A stretch of DNA of 28,478 nt from an uncultured Bacillota bacterium (GCA_949298295.1 CASFWS010000001.1:2627-31104), one strand, 5' to 3'. Shown: positions 1-8,004, counted from the stretch's first letter. Notes: generated from the letters alone by a model not told the origin. Program-made: numbers and translations.

Positions 1-1
1 T

Positions 2-592
2 GACGTAAGATTCATAAAAATCATGCCGGGACAATTTCGGATTGTCGTAAAGCTCAGGAAAACTCCCGCGCACTATGTGCTTGAACAAGTCCTGTGCCGT
101 CCAAGGGCATTGTTTCGCGCGCTCCTGCAGCAAGGAAAGGTTCTCGGGCAAGAAAGGAAGTTCAGGACGCTCGAGAATCTCGCTCCTGCTAAGCGGGGAC
201 ATCTCAATGATGGATACGCGCCCAGCCATGGATTCCGTTATCCCACCCATCATCGAATAGCTCTGCGAGCCGGTAAGGATGTACATCCCATAATTTCTAA
301 CGCTTCTAAGCTTCGCTGCGTCCACCGAATTCTCAAGTGCTCGGAATAGATTCGGAGCATTCTGCACTTCGTCAACAATCAAAGGATAGGGATGAAGTTG
401 CAAAAATAACTCTGGGTCGCGCTGGGCAGATAGCATGTCTGCAGTATTGTCAATCGAAACATAGGCGAACCCATTTCCCCGAAAAGCGGCAGCCAGCGTG
501 GTTTTTCCAACTTGGCGTGCTCCGGTAATCATAGTAACCGGCCTTGACTCGACGCTATTTCGGACTCTTTCCTCGATGGTTCTTTTGATCAT
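2..592 (-). CDS. AAA_14-family ATPase (AAA+/DUF4143-type protein), 5' part only; runs off the left edge
   Basis: Missing from the ORF track because it has no stop inside the window. Manual translation from ATG at 592 (GGAG SD about 7 nt upstream) gives MIKRTIEERVRNSVESRPVTMITGARQVGKTT (Walker A), LIVDEVQ (Walker B), YILTGSQ, ESMAGRV and RGSFPE, which are typical motifs of this family. Confidence 0.85.
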   Translation of the reverse strand, partial: MIKRTIEERVRNSVESRPVTMITGARQVGKTTLAAAFRGNGFAYVSIDNTADMLSAQRDPELFLQLHPYPLIVDEVQNAPNLFRALENSVDAAKLRSVRNYGMYILTGSQSYSMMGGITESMAGRVSIIEMSPLSRSEILERPELPFLPENLSLLQERAKQCPWTAQDLFKHIVRGSFPELYDNPKLSRHDFYESYV

Positions 593-712
593 TTGCTTCT
601 CCACTGCTGAAATCTTGACATAGCCATTTCCGGATTTCAATTCCGCTTTTGTCTATTTCTAGTCAAAGAAAGGACGGCATTCCCTCGAAACTGCAACCAG
701 TGATTTCAAAGA

Positions 713-2053
713 GGGAGTAACCAGAATCTTGTGTAAATGACGACGGAGGAGTCATTTCCCCCTCAGACCCCTAGGGGTCTCGCCGGACTGCAAGAAAAGC
801 AGGGTTCCCGTAAGATTTGCTTTGCCCACAATCGAAAGGAGCCCTGCATGGGAGATTTTAACGGAAAGCCTCGAGTCGGCGATGAGGAAGGCGGCCGCCC
901 TCGCGACCAAGGAGGCCATCGAGTCCTTGCCCGAAACGGAGGTCGCCTCGATGCTCGGATACGCTAGATACGAGGCTGCCGGGAGGAATTCGGGCGACTC
1001 GAGGAACGGCACGTACCAAAGGACGATCCAGACGTCGCTCGGCCCGATATCCGTGGAGGTGCCGAGGGACAGGAACGGCGAATACAAGCCCATCGCCATC
1101 CCGAGGTACCAACGGAGGACCGACCTGATAACCTCGACGGTGCTCAAGCTCTATTCATCCGGGATGACCGACGAGGAAATGAGGCTCGCCATATCGTCGA
1201 TATACGAGGCCAACTGCTCCAAATCGACCCTCTCGGCGATCACCGACGCCGTCATCGAGGACGTCAGGGGCTTCTCGAAAAGGGCCCTCCCCAGGCGGCT
1301 CTTCGCCATCTTCCTCGACTCCACGTACGTGCCGCTAAGGCGCGGCACCGTCGCGAAGGAGGCCGTAAACATCGCGCTCGGCGTAACCGATGCCGGCGAG
1401 CCCATCGTGGTCGGCTATTCGATAACGCCGCAGGAATCGGCCGAGGCCTACGGCGAGCTGCTCGCCGACTTCAGGTCGAGGGGGCTCTCCGAGATCGAGG
1501 TGGCCGCGGCCGATGGGCTTCCCGGAATCGACGATGCCCTGTCCTCGGCCTATCCGAAGGCGAAAAGGCAGAGGTGCTTCGTCCATCTTCTCCGGAACGT
1601 CTGCTCCAAGGTCAGGCCGTCGCGCCGATCCGGGGCGGCCGACGGCTTCATGTCCATGGCCAAGCAGGACTGCGCGGAGTCCGGGAAGAAAGCCTTGGGG
1701 GATTTCGTCGCCAAATGGAAGGGGGAATACCCGAAGCTCGGGCTCTGGTCCGAGAAGGCCGAGAACACGCTGACGTTCTACGAGTTCCCAGAGGGCCTCA
1801 GGGGTCTCATATACACGAACAATCGGATAGAGTCATTCAACAAGCAGATAAAGAGAACGCTCAAGAAGCAGATCCAGTTCGTCACGGAGGAGGCTTTGGA
1901 AAAGAGGCTGGTCTCCATGTTCCTCCATTACAACGAGGGGATCGGAAAGAGGAAGGCCAGATGCTGGAGGGAAATCGTTGCCTACTATGAATCAAAATAG
2001 CTAAAATTCGGACGTCTTACCGGAACCGTTTACACAAGATTCCGCACACTCTC
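713..2053 (+). mobile_element. IS256-family insertion sequence
   Basis: Imperfect 25-bp terminal inverted repeats flank the transposase: GGGAGTAACCAGAATCTTGTGTAAA (713-737) and the reverse complement of 2029-2053, GAGAGTGTGCGGAATCTTGTGTAAA. I found no matching target-site duplication. Confidence 0.85.
822..2000 (+). CDS. IS256-family (mutator-type) DDE transposase; 5' start uncertain or frameshifted
   Basis: Motifs SRNGTYQR, VPRDRNGEY, DDE residues in FLDS / AADG / NRIES, and QRCFVH. The SD-supported ATG at 848 is out of frame; the next in-frame ATG is 882. Confidence 0.9.
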   Translation: MPTIERSPAWEILTESLESAMRKAAALATKEAIESLPETEVASMLGYARYEAAGRNSGDSRNGTYQRTIQTSLGPISVEVPRDRNGEYKPIAIPRYQRRTDLITSTVLKLYSSGMTDEEMRLAISSIYEANCSKSTLSAITDAVIEDVRGFSKRALPRRLFAIFLDSTYVPLRRGTVAKEAVNIALGVTDAGEPIVVGYSITPQESAEAYGELLADFRSRGLSEIEVAAADGLPGIDDALSSAYPKAKRQRCFVHLLRNVCSKVRPSRRSGAADGFMSMAKQDCAESGKKALGDFVAKWKGEYPKLGLWSEKAENTLTFYEFPEGLRGLIYTNNRIESFNKQIKRTLKKQIQFVTEEALEKRLVSMFLHYNEGIGKRKARCWREIVAYYESK

Positions 2054-2537
2054 AACAGGAGGATCAAGTCGAAAGCAAAATGGATGCCCCCGGCCAAATG
2101 CCGGGCGGCATCCACGTTGGCGAGATGAGAGAAGCCTAGGGATAATAGTGTCCAGGATTCGGGGCACGCATCAGAATAGGCACCGGCCGTGCTGAATAAA
2201 CCGACGACTAGTTCAGGCCACCGATAGTGAGCCATCAGCCAAGATGGCGAGGTCCCACGTCGCCGCCTTGAAGCCACGGAAAGCACTATCTCCTAATGCC
2301 TCCATACCAGCAAAGTCAGGCTGGAGAAATTATTTGGTACGATTAGCCGAATTTGCATATTAGCTTTCCCGTCCTTATTTTGGCTCGATTGTCCTAGCTT
2401 CGAAGGGAAAGCGCCAGTTCTAATCTTTAACAAAATCAAAACCTTTTTGCTTCCTACCAGAACGGCAAAATAAAGAGTCAATATTATTTTTGTGACAAAA
2501 GTTTACAGGCGCCATCGAGATACAAAACTCTAATTGA

Positions 2538-3200
2538 TTAGTTGATATAGTAGGCGACAAGGAATATCGCAACTATCAAAGCTATGATGACAGTGGGGAA
2601 GGCGATAACAAATATAAGTTTTCCTTGTTTCTTTAAAATCGAATCAGGCCAAAGCAGGCCGAACATTCCGAAAATGAGGAAAATCGCGAGTAAAAAAGTC
2701 AAATTAACAAGAAGCGTACTTTTAAGCGAGTAATCATTTAATATCGATAGATTGGCAACAATTAATCCAATGACAGCAACAAATAATGAGCAGAAAGAAA
2801 TAATCTGAGGGAGAAGCTTCCTTGTGTCCTGCTCCAGCATCCTAAAACTTGTGTCTTCTTCTTTCTGCCAATCGGTCAAACTCTTTTGGAGCGCTGAAAA
2901 TTCGTTTTTGTAAGAAAGATAAAACCTTGCCAACACGCTCGCCAATTGTCCGTTTAAGAAACTAGATACTGCGTAAAACTGTAAGTAGTCGTTCGAAAAG
3001 TCTGACCTCTCGTCGTTGCTGAACTCTACGTTTTTCATGTATTTCGAATAGAATGTGAGGCCTTCTTTGGTTAAAGAGGACACTTGATCATAAATTGCCG
3101 ACGCCTTCTCTATGTCTATGTCTTTCGGAATTGAAATATCATTAATTTTTTTAACAAAAGATTTGCTCTTCTTTTTCAGGTTTTCAACAGTTAAAGACAT
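2538..3200 (-). CDS. Hypothetical membrane protein (helical N-terminus, about 3 C-terminal TM segments)
   Basis: 220-aa AT-rich ORF with three hydrophobic stretches in the last ~95 aa. I recognise no family. Confidence 0.7.
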   Translation of the reverse strand: MSLTVENLKKKSKSFVKKINDISIPKDIDIEKASAIYDQVSSLTKEGLTFYSKYMKNVEFSNDERSDFSNDYLQFYAVSSFLNGQLASVLARFYLSYKNEFSALQKSLTDWQKEEDTSFRMLEQDTRKLLPQIISFCSLFVAVIGLIVANLSILNDYSLKSTLLVNLTFLLAIFLIFGMFGLLWPDSILKKQGKLIFVIAFPTVIIALIVAIFLVAYYIN

Positions 3201-3215
3201 ACCGCTTGATTTTCG

Positions 3216-3383
3216 CTACTTTTTTTTCGGCATCGCGAAAATGAAAGATACTTGCGGCTTGATAGACTTCTTGCCTGCCTTTTTTGTAACTACTGAAATT
3301 TTGGGAGCGTTGTTACGATTCGCAAAAACGCTCTTGGTTAGAGCTCGTGCCATTTGAATTTCGTTGTAATTTTCTGCTGGCAT
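3216..3383 (-). CDS. Small basic hypothetical protein (55 aa, MPAENYNEIQ...PKKK)
   Basis: A strong SD (AAGGAGGTG) lies just upstream of ATG 3383, with a TATAAT further upstream. This favours the short start over the GTG at 3560 in the ORF track. Confidence 0.55.
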   Translation of the reverse strand: MPAENYNEIQMARALTKSVFANRNNAPKISVVTKKAGKKSIKPQVSFIFAMPKKK

Positions 3384-3887
3384 AATAGAACACCTCCTTC
3401 CGCGATGATTATATATCACTTCGAGGTGGTATAGTGCGGCTATAGGGTTCGGTATTATATTCTTGAAGTCATATTCTTGTGCTGGATATAGCGTCGTTCC
3501 AAAAACATTTGTGCACGAGCGGAAAAGGACTAGAACGATATGATTATTTATAGTTTCCACTTATGGTTGAGATTTTTCGGCTTATCGAGATATCATTATC
3601 AGCAACTCAGTTGAAGACGAACGGAAGAAACAATTCCAGTTCTATGGGCATAAGCACCTTTAACTTTGCTTTGATGTTAGGTATGAAGCTCATCGCAACC
3701 TGAGCTTAAGTTTTGGCCGCGTCCCGAGCGAACGCCTTTCCGTTTGGACGACCTCGCCAAAGTTTGAGTTACGAGGCCCCCAAGTCCATAATCAGGGTGT
3801 TGCAAAGGGGCGCCCCTAACGAGTTGCTCGGGCCCGTCGCAACGGGGCCGTTCGCGGGGGCTTGTGTTCCTTGCTCGGGCCAGCCGG

Positions 3888-3919
3888 GGTTAGGCTATCG
3901 GTAGTAGCCTAACCTTTTT
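3888..3919 (+). terminator. Intrinsic terminator-like hairpin
   Basis: Perfect 10-bp stem GGTTAGGCTA/TAGCCTAACC, 7-nt loop, followed by TTTTT on the + strand. Confidence 0.5.
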
Positions 3920-4183
3920 CTCTGGGACCCGGCGGATCCAGGGTCTTGCCGGGGAATTCCTTGCCAAACTTTCTCCCGGCGATGCCGTATGGGGCCTGGC
4001 CCCCTGCTCTGCCTGACGTAGGAGTCGATGTCTACGGAACGTCTCGCCGGCTACCTCCTGCGTCAGCCGGACGAGGCCGGGGCGGCGTATCTTTTCTGCC
4101 TCTTGATGGCAATTCCCTTTCGGGACGATGAGCAAAGAAGGCAAGGCCATGTCCAAAACCCCTTGGAGCTTTGGGGCGGCCAA
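3890..4183 (-). pseudogene. Decayed IS30-like transposase C-terminal remnant (frameshifted)
   Basis: GC-rich island inside AT-rich DNA. Pieces from three frames join into IVPKG...LTQE / DIDSYVRQSRG / GQAPYGIAGRKFGKEF / IRRVPEKKVRLLPIA*, resembling the PKG...TQE...INSY.R.S..G.TPY C-terminus of Firmicute IS30 transposases. Confidence 0.45.
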
Positions 4184-4246
4184 AGCGTTGCGTTTGCTTC
4201 GCTAACTAACGTTATGTCCTTCCCAACAGGTCTTCACACTTTGATG

Positions 4247-4262
4247 TGCTAAATTAGACGAT
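4247..4262 (+). promoter_or_regulatory. Putative extended -10 promoter giving a leaderless AbiH mRNA
   Basis: TG-c-TAAATT (TAAATT at 4250-4255) ends 7 nt before ATG 4263, and there is no SD. Confidence 0.35.
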
Positions 4263-5225
4263 ATGCAGAATTTATTTATTATAGGTAATGGCTTCGATTT
4301 ACAGCATGGGATGCCGACCAAAATGTCCGACTTCAAAGCATATATTGAATCTGTGTATTGCAAGGATGACACTTCAATCGTTCCCTTGAGCACGGAAATG
4401 CTTCCGGACGGAGCTATCGTCGCCTCAAACGAGTCTCTTGCTAGATTGATTTATAACCTCGTTGAATACGCCGCTTGTCTTTGCGGAGATTCCGAATGGA
4501 GTAATTTCGAAAACTATCTTGCCTGTATCGAATGGGAACAATACTTTTCTGAAGTTGCTCTAACAGTCGAAGAATGTATCGAAATGGATGATAACCCGTT
4601 TTTAGGAACCTCTCTAAATGAGGAGTATGCTGGGGAATTGGTGGAAGGATTGGGGTCTGTCCCGAAGCTATTTGGAGAATGGGTCGAAGATGCTGAGAAC
4701 AGTTCTAATCCCGAGCCAATCCAAGACTACTCCTCGCTGTTTTCCGAAAAGGACTCCGCATTCGTAACATTCAATTACACCTGTACCCTCGAATTCACAT
4801 ATGCGATTCCAGAAGATAAAATCTGCCACCTTCACGGCATATGTCATTACGGAGACATCATTGTTGGCCATGGAAGAAATGAGTATCAAGGCAACGACCC
4901 GGAATTCGAGTTTCTCGGCATATTTGATGCATGTAGGCAAGCGTTTGAACGATTGAAGAAAAACGGCAATCAAGTGCTTGAGGAGCATTACAATTTTCTA
5001 AAAAAGGCAACTCAAAACTGTAAAAATGTCTTCATTTGCGGCCACGGCCTTGGCCCAAGCGACGATTATTTTTATAGGTTTCTACAAACTGAATTAGCAG
5101 ATGATGTGAACATCATCGTTTTCGATTATAAAGGGGATAGTGCAGATAAAATAAAGAAGTTGAGAGACGACTTCGATTTCAAAAACGTCGTTGCTATGCC
5201 GTTGCCCGGTTCTCGCTCCACTTAG
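4263..5225 (+). CDS. abiH: AbiH-family abortive-infection (Sir2-like fold) protein
   Basis: Diagnostic N-terminal LFIIGNGFDLQHGMPT...DF, WSNFE, FVTFNYTCTLE, ICHLHG, IIVGHG and FICGHGLGPSDDYFY. AT-richer than the host genes. Confidence 0.85.
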   Translation: MQNLFIIGNGFDLQHGMPTKMSDFKAYIESVYCKDDTSIVPLSTEMLPDGAIVASNESLARLIYNLVEYAACLCGDSEWSNFENYLACIEWEQYFSEVALTVEECIEMDDNPFLGTSLNEEYAGELVEGLGSVPKLFGEWVEDAENSSNPEPIQDYSSLFSEKDSAFVTFNYTCTLEFTYAIPEDKICHLHGICHYGDIIVGHGRNEYQGNDPEFEFLGIFDACRQAFERLKKNGNQVLEEHYNFLKKATQNCKNVFICGHGLGPSDDYFYRFLQTELADDVNIIVFDYKGDSADKIKKLRDDFDFKNVVAMPLPGSRST

Positions 5226-5419
5226 ATTCTGGCAGTCTTTCGTATTGTTTAAGATAGGGATGATGCGAGCTGAAGTACTTCAAATTTTAGCAACAACCTT
5301 TAGATTTCCTTTTGGTTTAATAGTTTCCGGCCTAAATCAATCTAAACCCATGCCTCGGAATTATCTTGATTGCTCTGTAAGAATTCATCGAGGATCGTGT
5401 CACCTTCCTTCGCGTCTTT

Positions 5420-5457
5420 GCCGTAAGAAACCTACGGCTCCGTAAAATTTTTACGGA
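5420..5457. repeat. Two adjacent CCGTA-N7-TACGG palindromes (19-bp period)
   Basis: CCGTA-agaaacc-TACGG at 5421-5437 and CCGTA-aaatttt-TACGG at 5440-5456. The second extends to a perfect 9-bp inverted repeat (5439-5447/5449-5457). Confidence 0.7.
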
Positions 5458-5520
5458 CATCCCTCAGTAGCCATCGAATGTTTTCGGGCCAAGTTTTGGA
5501 GTTCACCCAGAACCTCCTTC

Positions 5521-5563
5521 CGAAACAAAAGGAGCCGTCCCCCTCGGACGGCTCCCTGTTTCG
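5521..5563 (-). terminator. Intrinsic terminator of the esterase gene
   Basis: GGAGCCGTCC/GGACGGCTCC 10-bp stem followed by TTTTGTTT on the - strand, just after the distal in-frame stop at 5570-5572. Confidence 0.8.
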
Positions 5564-5719
5564 CCTCGATTAGGCTAGGTAAGTAGTCGTGTACTCGATG
5601 GTGTAGGAAGGGATGTTCACCGGATCGAACTCCGAGAAGGGGATGACTATTTCCTCGTAGACCGTCACGAGGCTTCCGTCCTCCTTCCGCTCGAAGACCT
5701 GGTCGTCATAGACGCCTTC

Positions 5720-7873
5720 TTACGGGCCGGTGCAGTAGCCGAAGGTGAAGTAGACAAGTCCGCTATAGGCGGTGGTGCTCAAGGTGTACGTCCTTCCCTC
5801 CTTGAGGGTCATCGGGCTGTCGCGGTAGGAGGTACCGAAGATGCCGTTGTAGAGGCCAGGGAGGAAGGCACCCTCCGTCGGGATTTCGAAATCCTCTTGG
5901 ATCGTTACCTCGACCGTGAGGTCGATCGGGAGTTGGAACCCGGCGAGGTCGTAGCTCCCCTCGGTCTTACCCGAGGTTCCAAGTTCGATGAGATGGGGGT
6001 CTTCAACCAAACGGCCCTCCTCGTCGATTTCGTAGGCTTCAAGCCCCGTCGCATTGTCGAAGTAGAGGAACATGAAGGCCACGCTGGTCCCGGGTTCGAG
6101 ATAGGTGTGGACCTTATAGACGGTGTCGCTTTCCTTGGTTGGGTAGAGGGAAGAAGCCAAGGAGCCGGTATAGAGGACGAAGGTGGCTCCCTCGCCGAAG
6201 AAGGAGAAGTACTCACCGATATTCGCCGGCATGTTGATCGTGTAGTCGAGAAGCTCTTTCTTCTCGAAGGAGGCGATTTCGAGGGCGAAGGATTCTCCGT
6301 CTTCCTTGAAGAGGTGGGTGTAGCTCGCCTCGGCTCCTTCTCCGTCGAGGCCGAAGGTTTCGATCACCGTGTCTTCGTAGTAGAGGACATAGTAGGTTTC
6401 CTCGGTGTCGAGCCGGCCCGAGAGTTCGGCCTCGTAAGTAAGATCGTCGACCTTATCGAGAACCGGGCTCGTGGCCAGTTGGCCGTTGAAGAGATAGAGG
6501 GTCCCTTCCGCCTCGAGGGAGGAAAGGTAGGAGGCGGCCTCCTGGCTCAGGGTGACCGTGGCCGTGGCATTGACCCGGGTAGGATCGTAGTTTCCACCCT
6601 CGCTCGAGCGGACCCAAGCATAGGCATCGGGGAAAAGGGAACGCCAATTGGCTTCGTTATGGGAGCCGCCTTCGTTCACCGCGACATAGAGCCTTTCGGC
6701 CACCGGGAAGCCGAGGGTATGGAGTTCCATCGCCACGGTGTCGAGATAGGGCTCAAGCGGCTCTTCGGAACCGGCAGCCAGATAGAGGCGGGGCATGCTC
6801 TCTTTATCCAATGAAGAGAGGAAGGCGTTCCGGGCCTCGGTCGTGTTGATCTGGAAGGAAGGGGAGAGGGCGAGGATGGCGCCGAAGGTTTCCGGATACT
6901 TCATGCCGGCATAGAAGGAGATGAGCCCGCCCATTGATGAGCCCCCGATGATCGTGTTCTCGGCTTCCTTCAAGGTCCGGTAGTTCGCGTCGACGTAGGT
7001 CTTGAGGCTGCCCTTGATGAACGATACGTAGGCATCGCCCTTCGCCTCTGGAGTGTCTTCCCACGGCGGAGTGTATTCGTCCATCCGGTCGGCGGTGTTG
7101 TCGATCCCGACGACGATGGCCGTCTCGAGGCCGTAAGCCAGCCGCTCCTCCATCGTTTCGTCGATTCCCCATTCACCGGCAAAGGAAGTGGCTTGGTCGA
7201 AGAGGTTCTGGCCATCTTGCATGTAGATGACGGGGTAACTTTGGCCGCTCGTCTCATAGTCGCTAGGTGTATAGACGCGGATCGTCCGGGTGCTTCCCTC
7301 CCCGAGTTCAGAGGACTCGACTTCGAGAATGTCGAGGTTTCCGACGACGGTCGGCTCCTCGGAGCCATGGGGATCGCGGAAAGTGGCCACGACATCGTTT
7401 ACTTCCGTCGTTCCGGTCGAAGTGGGAGTCAAGGTGAGGGTGCGGTTATCGATTTCGCTTACCCCGTCGCTGGCCTTCTCGACCCCGAGCCAAATGTCGT
7501 CCGGCCCGTAGGTCGGAAGCTGAATCGTCCATTTGTACTCGATTTCGAGAGGCAGGCGCTCCTCGGGGAAGGAAAGGGTCAAGCGGTAGTGGGTATCATC
7601 GACCTTCGAGGCGAAGTAATCCTCGTCAGAGGGATCCCAGTTATTGAGGGTCGAGCCAATCGAGATGGACGCATCATCTTCAATGGCTTCGGGAATCTCC
7701 ACATTGAGGACGAGGGTCTCGGTTTCGCCCTCCACCTCGCTCGAATCGACAGGGCCGGAAGTGCTCGAGCTCTCTCCCTCGTCGATGGATGAACTCGAGC
7801 TCGTCCCTTCCTGGGCACAAGATAGGGTAAGGAACAAGCTCGAGCCAATGATAAGGAAAGCGACTTTCTTCAT
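5720..7873 (-). CDS. Lipoprotein: CBM20-like module + alpha/beta-hydrolase (putative esterase, PF00756-like) + about 3 degenerate C-terminal beta repeats; ends at a probable premature stop
   Basis: Lipobox LTLSC and Ser-rich linker; IGSTLNNWDP...IEYKW module; RTIRVYTPSDY, YPVIYMQDGQNLF, EWGIDE, nucleophile elbow GSSMGG, and GSHNEANW (catalytic His). Confidence 0.8.
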   Translation of the reverse strand: MKKVAFLIIGSSLFLTLSCAQEGTSSSSSIDEGESSSTSGPVDSSEVEGETETLVLNVEIPEAIEDDASISIGSTLNNWDPSDEDYFASKVDDTHYRLTLSFPEERLPLEIEYKWTIQLPTYGPDDIWLGVEKASDGVSEIDNRTLTLTPTSTGTTEVNDVVATFRDPHGSEEPTVVGNLDILEVESSELGEGSTRTIRVYTPSDYETSGQSYPVIYMQDGQNLFDQATSFAGEWGIDETMEERLAYGLETAIVVGIDNTADRMDEYTPPWEDTPEAKGDAYVSFIKGSLKTYVDANYRTLKEAENTIIGGSSMGGLISFYAGMKYPETFGAILALSPSFQINTTEARNAFLSSLDKESMPRLYLAAGSEEPLEPYLDTVAMELHTLGFPVAERLYVAVNEGGSHNEANWRSLFPDAYAWVRSSEGGNYDPTRVNATATVTLSQEAASYLSSLEAEGTLYLFNGQLATSPVLDKVDDLTYEAELSGRLDTEETYYVLYYEDTVIETFGLDGEGAEASYTHLFKEDGESFALEIASFEKKELLDYTINMPANIGEYFSFFGEGATFVLYTGSLASSLYPTKESDTVYKVHTYLEPGTSVAFMFLYFDNATGLEAYEIDEEGRLVEDPHLIELGTSGKTEGSYDLAGFQLPIDLTVEVTIQEDFEIPTEGAFLPGLYNGIFGTSYRDSPMTLKEGRTYTLSTTAYSGLVYFTFGYCTGP

Positions 7874-7968
7874 ACGCTAATGCCGGGGGTCGATTCCCCG
7901 CCTCCTTTGCTATTGATGGCCCGGACGCAAGGTTCCGTCAAACCTCTGGTTAATGGAGTATTAGCAGT

Positions 7969-8004
7969 TTGGCAACTTTGGCAACTTTGATAAGATATGT
8001 ACCA
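7969..8004 (+). promoter_or_regulatory. Sigma70-type promoter of the XRE regulator, overlapped by 9-bp direct repeats
   Basis: TTGGCA (7969-7974), 16 nt, then TG-a-TAAGAT (7991-7996) ending 8 nt before ATG 8005; no SD. Tandem GCAACTTTG repeats overlap the -35 and spacer. Confidence 0.5.

Noticed and set aside
2538-3200. 3-TM protein as the missing Pycsar effector for the cyclase at 11034
   Set aside because: It lies 8 kb away in a different compositional block, and I see no resemblance to the PycTM pattern.
3219-3225. A_AAA_AAG slippery heptamer at the end of the 55-aa ORF
   Set aside because: A -1 shift gives only a ~11-aa extension (VAKIKRYVFNC*) and does not fuse to the downstream ORF, which is in frame 0.
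3384-3560. Longer GTG-start version (114 aa) of the small basic ORF
   Set aside because: A strong SD and a TATAAT lie inside the extension, pointing to ATG 3383.
3216-5722. Stop-codon reassignment as the explanation for the internal TAG (3216) and TAA (5720)
   Set aside because: TAG, TAA and TGA all terminate clearly bounded genes elsewhere in the window (e.g. 2000, 16982, 26105, 24201).
5897-7792. Plus-strand ORFs of 305 aa and 199 aa opposite the esterase
   Set aside because: Antisense shadows of a motif-bearing gene.
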